Shown: piece after piece, positions 61,573 to 64,000 of the stretch
Numbering within the stretch: the stretch's first letter is position 1
Layout of the letters: the number at the start of each line of letters is the position of its first letter
NCBI GenBank assembly: GCA_964036045.1
Contig: OZ038379.1
Coordinates: 12,772,001 to 12,836,000 of the forward strand
Direction of reading: 5' to 3'
DNA from: Eutreptiella sp. 'Long Island Sound 2002'
Taxonomy: Eukaryota > Protista > Euglenida
Length of the DNA stretch: 64,000 nucleotides
Notes under the pieces: model-generated
The model's database searches: none
What the model was told of the DNA's origin: nothing
The model's input: the letters and a program-made list of their open reading frames with translations, nothing else
Made by a program: the position numbers and the translations under genes

Positions 61573-62968
61573 ATCAACTTGGAGTCCGAAGAGTGCACCC
61601 CCCCTCCTGTCCCCTGCAAGCGCCTATCCTGCTTACCTGCCGGGTATCATGACGGGCGCTTTGAGCAATGCACGCCCTTGGGCCACGACGTGGGCGGGGG
61701 AGCTGCTGTCCCTCTCTGCTTGGTTACAGATAGCGCTTCTCAGCGGGTATGCACTGCCACAGGTCACCAGGGCGGCACACTCGGCGGTCACGCGGGGCTT
61801 GTCTACCAGCCCCAACGACCATACAGCCACAACCCGCTACCTGTACACGGTTCGCCACCTCCTCCCCATGCCACACTGCTGCCACCTCACCTTGTGCGCC
61901 GCGTGGCTGCGGCGTCACGCACACTGGGCGGGGGACAGCTACAGCAGTTGGCACCTGGACCCATCCCTGTCACCAGACGGAACCACAGGCTTCTGGTGCG
62001 AGGACTGGGAAATCCTCCACCTCCACGCCGCCAAAGTTAAACCCAGCAACCATGACTGCCCCCCTTGGGAGACAATGTGTGTGTAACCCATGAATGTGCA
62101 TGTTCGTGCCACAGACATGTAAGAGGCCTGGAGTGGACCAGTGGTCAGCGACATAGACTCGTCTGCCTATAGCGGAGGTTCGAATCCTCCTATCGTCGTA
62201 AACGCACCACCGCCCCCTACAACAGCACACGCGGCCAGCGAGTCCACGGGCACCGGCAGCGGGCGGTGCGCCTCGCTTTTTCAGGCAACCCCCCCAAACC
62301 CCCGACCCCCTACACGCGCCCCACAAAAACGCACCACCGCCCCCTCCGGCAGCGCGCGCCGCTTGCGCGTCTTGAACCCCGGCAGCGTGGCGAGGGGGGC
62401 GCATTCGCTGCAGCCGGGCTCCTGCAGCGAGTCTTCTCTTCGGCAGTGCAGCCACGCGCACAGCGGGAATCGAACCGGCGCCTTCACGGCACGAGCCCAG
62501 CGATTCAACCGCTGGGGTAGCACACACCACAGCAAGAAAAGCACCATGCACGCATACCAACACAACGACACGCCACGGTGTGCGCCACAAAGCGACAGCG
62601 AAATGCGTCGGATTAACTGACCATGACGGGCCCCCTTGGAGTCTGTGTGTGTGTGAGCGGGTGGTTACACCCGTCTCCAGCTAAGTACCTCCAGAGTAGG
62701 CATGTAAGTAGCGCTGCGGTTTTCAACAGATCATACAATCATTGGCTAGACAGGGCCGGGCAGTGGGCAGGGTCTGTAGTGATCAGCGCAACTTGCACTG
62801 TGAGAACAAACTCCTGTACACCGTCACTCCTGTCTCAGAAAGGACCTTGCCTACCTTTTTGTTAATGGCCTGATGAAATTGTCTCGGTGACCAGTGCTCT
62901 GCCTTCGCCTGCTTTCGTCTTCACTGACGTTGTGCCCCGCGTTTGGTCCCCACTGGTTTTCCCGCACG

Positions 62969-62970
<2 letters not shown>
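61571..62970 (+). mobile_element. 5'-truncated diverged PLE copy (C-terminal thumb region 61572-62086 plus 3' region)
   Basis: WSPKSAPPLLSPA...YLPGIMTG...SGY...RGLS...LLPMPHCC...WLRRH..WAG aligns with 60580-61068 (WELKMGPPLMTPA...YLRTVLTG...SGY...RGLS...LLPLPRCC...WVKRH..WAG). Confidence 0.8.
62126..62197 (+). other. tRNA-like Pol III element
   Basis: A-box-like TGGACCAGTGG; perfect T arm GGAGG-TTCGAAT-CCTCC; no complete cloverleaf. Confidence 0.45.
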
Positions 62971-63035
<65 letters not shown>

Positions 63036-63040
63036 TGTCT

Positions 63041-63390
63041 GTGTGCACAATCGACACACAAGAACGCAGCCGCGTTCCCATTATGGAAAACCACAGATGG
63101 CTATCGCATTGCCCTTGCACAGTTTTGGGATAACATCCTGATTGCCACCACATTATCCCCAATGGAAGCGTCACGATGTTTTTCCAAGCCCTGGTGACCG
63201 CCGGTCCTTTGTCCTTGCAGGGATGGAGGCTGTGAGGGCACTTTCTGAGCAACACCGTCACTGCAATGGGCATTTCTGTCACCATGCACGAATCTGGCTC
63301 CCCTATTGCACACTCACAGCCTGACAGCACAACTGGTCTGGCCCTTTACCAAGGGCGTGGCTGATTACCAGGCAGCTTCCTCTGTGGTAC
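63041..63390 (+). pseudogene. Third, degraded PLE RT fragment (motif C region)
   Basis: LWKT...LAQFWDNILIAT and LCPC...TVTAMGI align with IYWDT...LCQFRDNILMAT and LCPC...STTAMGF; frameshifted. Confidence 0.75.
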
Positions 63391-64000
63391 CATCAGGAGA
63401 AGATAGTGTCCCCTCTCCTTGTGAGGGGTAGGCCCGTCTTTAAGGTACTATATGATTCTGGTCTTGCACTAAAATGTAGCATGTCATTGCTGAGAACTCA
63501 CCCTTGCCGCTGACGGACTATGTTTACTGAAGGCGAAAAAAAGACACTAACAGCCTGCCGTCATGACACTAGATTGGGCCTTAAGACGTGGGGGCACGGA
63601 CCATGTGGTTCTCGTTCCATGAGTACCTCTGCCTTCATAAAAGAGGCAGTGAGCTTGCACTGAACGGCAGCCAAAACTGCCTCAATGAATTCTAGCAGTG
63701 CCCCTTCCAAAACTGGGGTTGGAGTAGAGGATCACGTAGCTCCTCCGACGATTCGACTGCAATGGCTTTGGAGTCGCATGCACACAACTCGCCCGCTGCC
63801 CACTGGCACACACAGCTCACTGTACTAGTACGGCCGGTTGGTACTGCGAGTTTCAGCATGAGATTGTAGTGTGCACTGTGCGAACTGCATATCCAGCAAG
63901 GGGGCAATTGCCTCAAGGTTGTGCAGCAACACTCACTCCTCATCTACACAGTCCAATGCAATGTGCATGCTGAAACCAGGATGTTCCTTAAGGACACCAA

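Noticed and set aside
61335-62970. Hammerhead ribozymes at PLE ends (CTGANGA at about 61338, 61458 and 62868)
   Set aside because: I could not build stem II followed by GAAA for any of them; a formal Infernal/RNAMotif search is needed.

Overview
Eukaryotic, repeat-rich genomic DNA, most likely from a euglenid: a near-perfect Euglena-type spliced-leader (SL) sequence sits at 45282-45308. Almost all ORFs in the supplied track are artefacts of repeats or GC content. Real content, in order: (1) 1-10.8 kb is satellite DNA: a 212-213 bp GC-rich structured array; a 197 bp array made of alternating inverted arms, split by a 2.28 kb insertion with a 24 bp target-site duplication (TSD); and a 64 bp array built on a 26 bp palindrome. 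(2) A 13-exon, >=26 kb plus-strand gene (11952-37996) that the ORF track does not show as a unit. It encodes a NodU/CmcH/TobZ-family carbamoyltransferase homologue with many degenerate catalytic motifs; all 12 splice phases join (11 GT-AG, 1 GC-AG) and its N-terminal exon(s) were not found. Its introns hold a 532 bp tRNA-headed array, a hAT remnant, MITEs and a tRNA-Phe pseudogene. (3) A second hAT-type non-autonomous element with a perfect 8 bp TSD (39365-40522). (4) An intronless 1056-codon class III cyclase-like ORF directly behind a genome-encoded SL, probably an SL-carrying retrocopy, with catalytic residues lost. (5) A Penelope-like retroelement (PLE) with GIY-YIG upstream of the RT and a CCHC-knuckle ORF1 joined by a correctly phased UUUAAAC -1 slippery site. 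Two 5'-truncated relatives follow, and all three copies abut (GT)n tracts.
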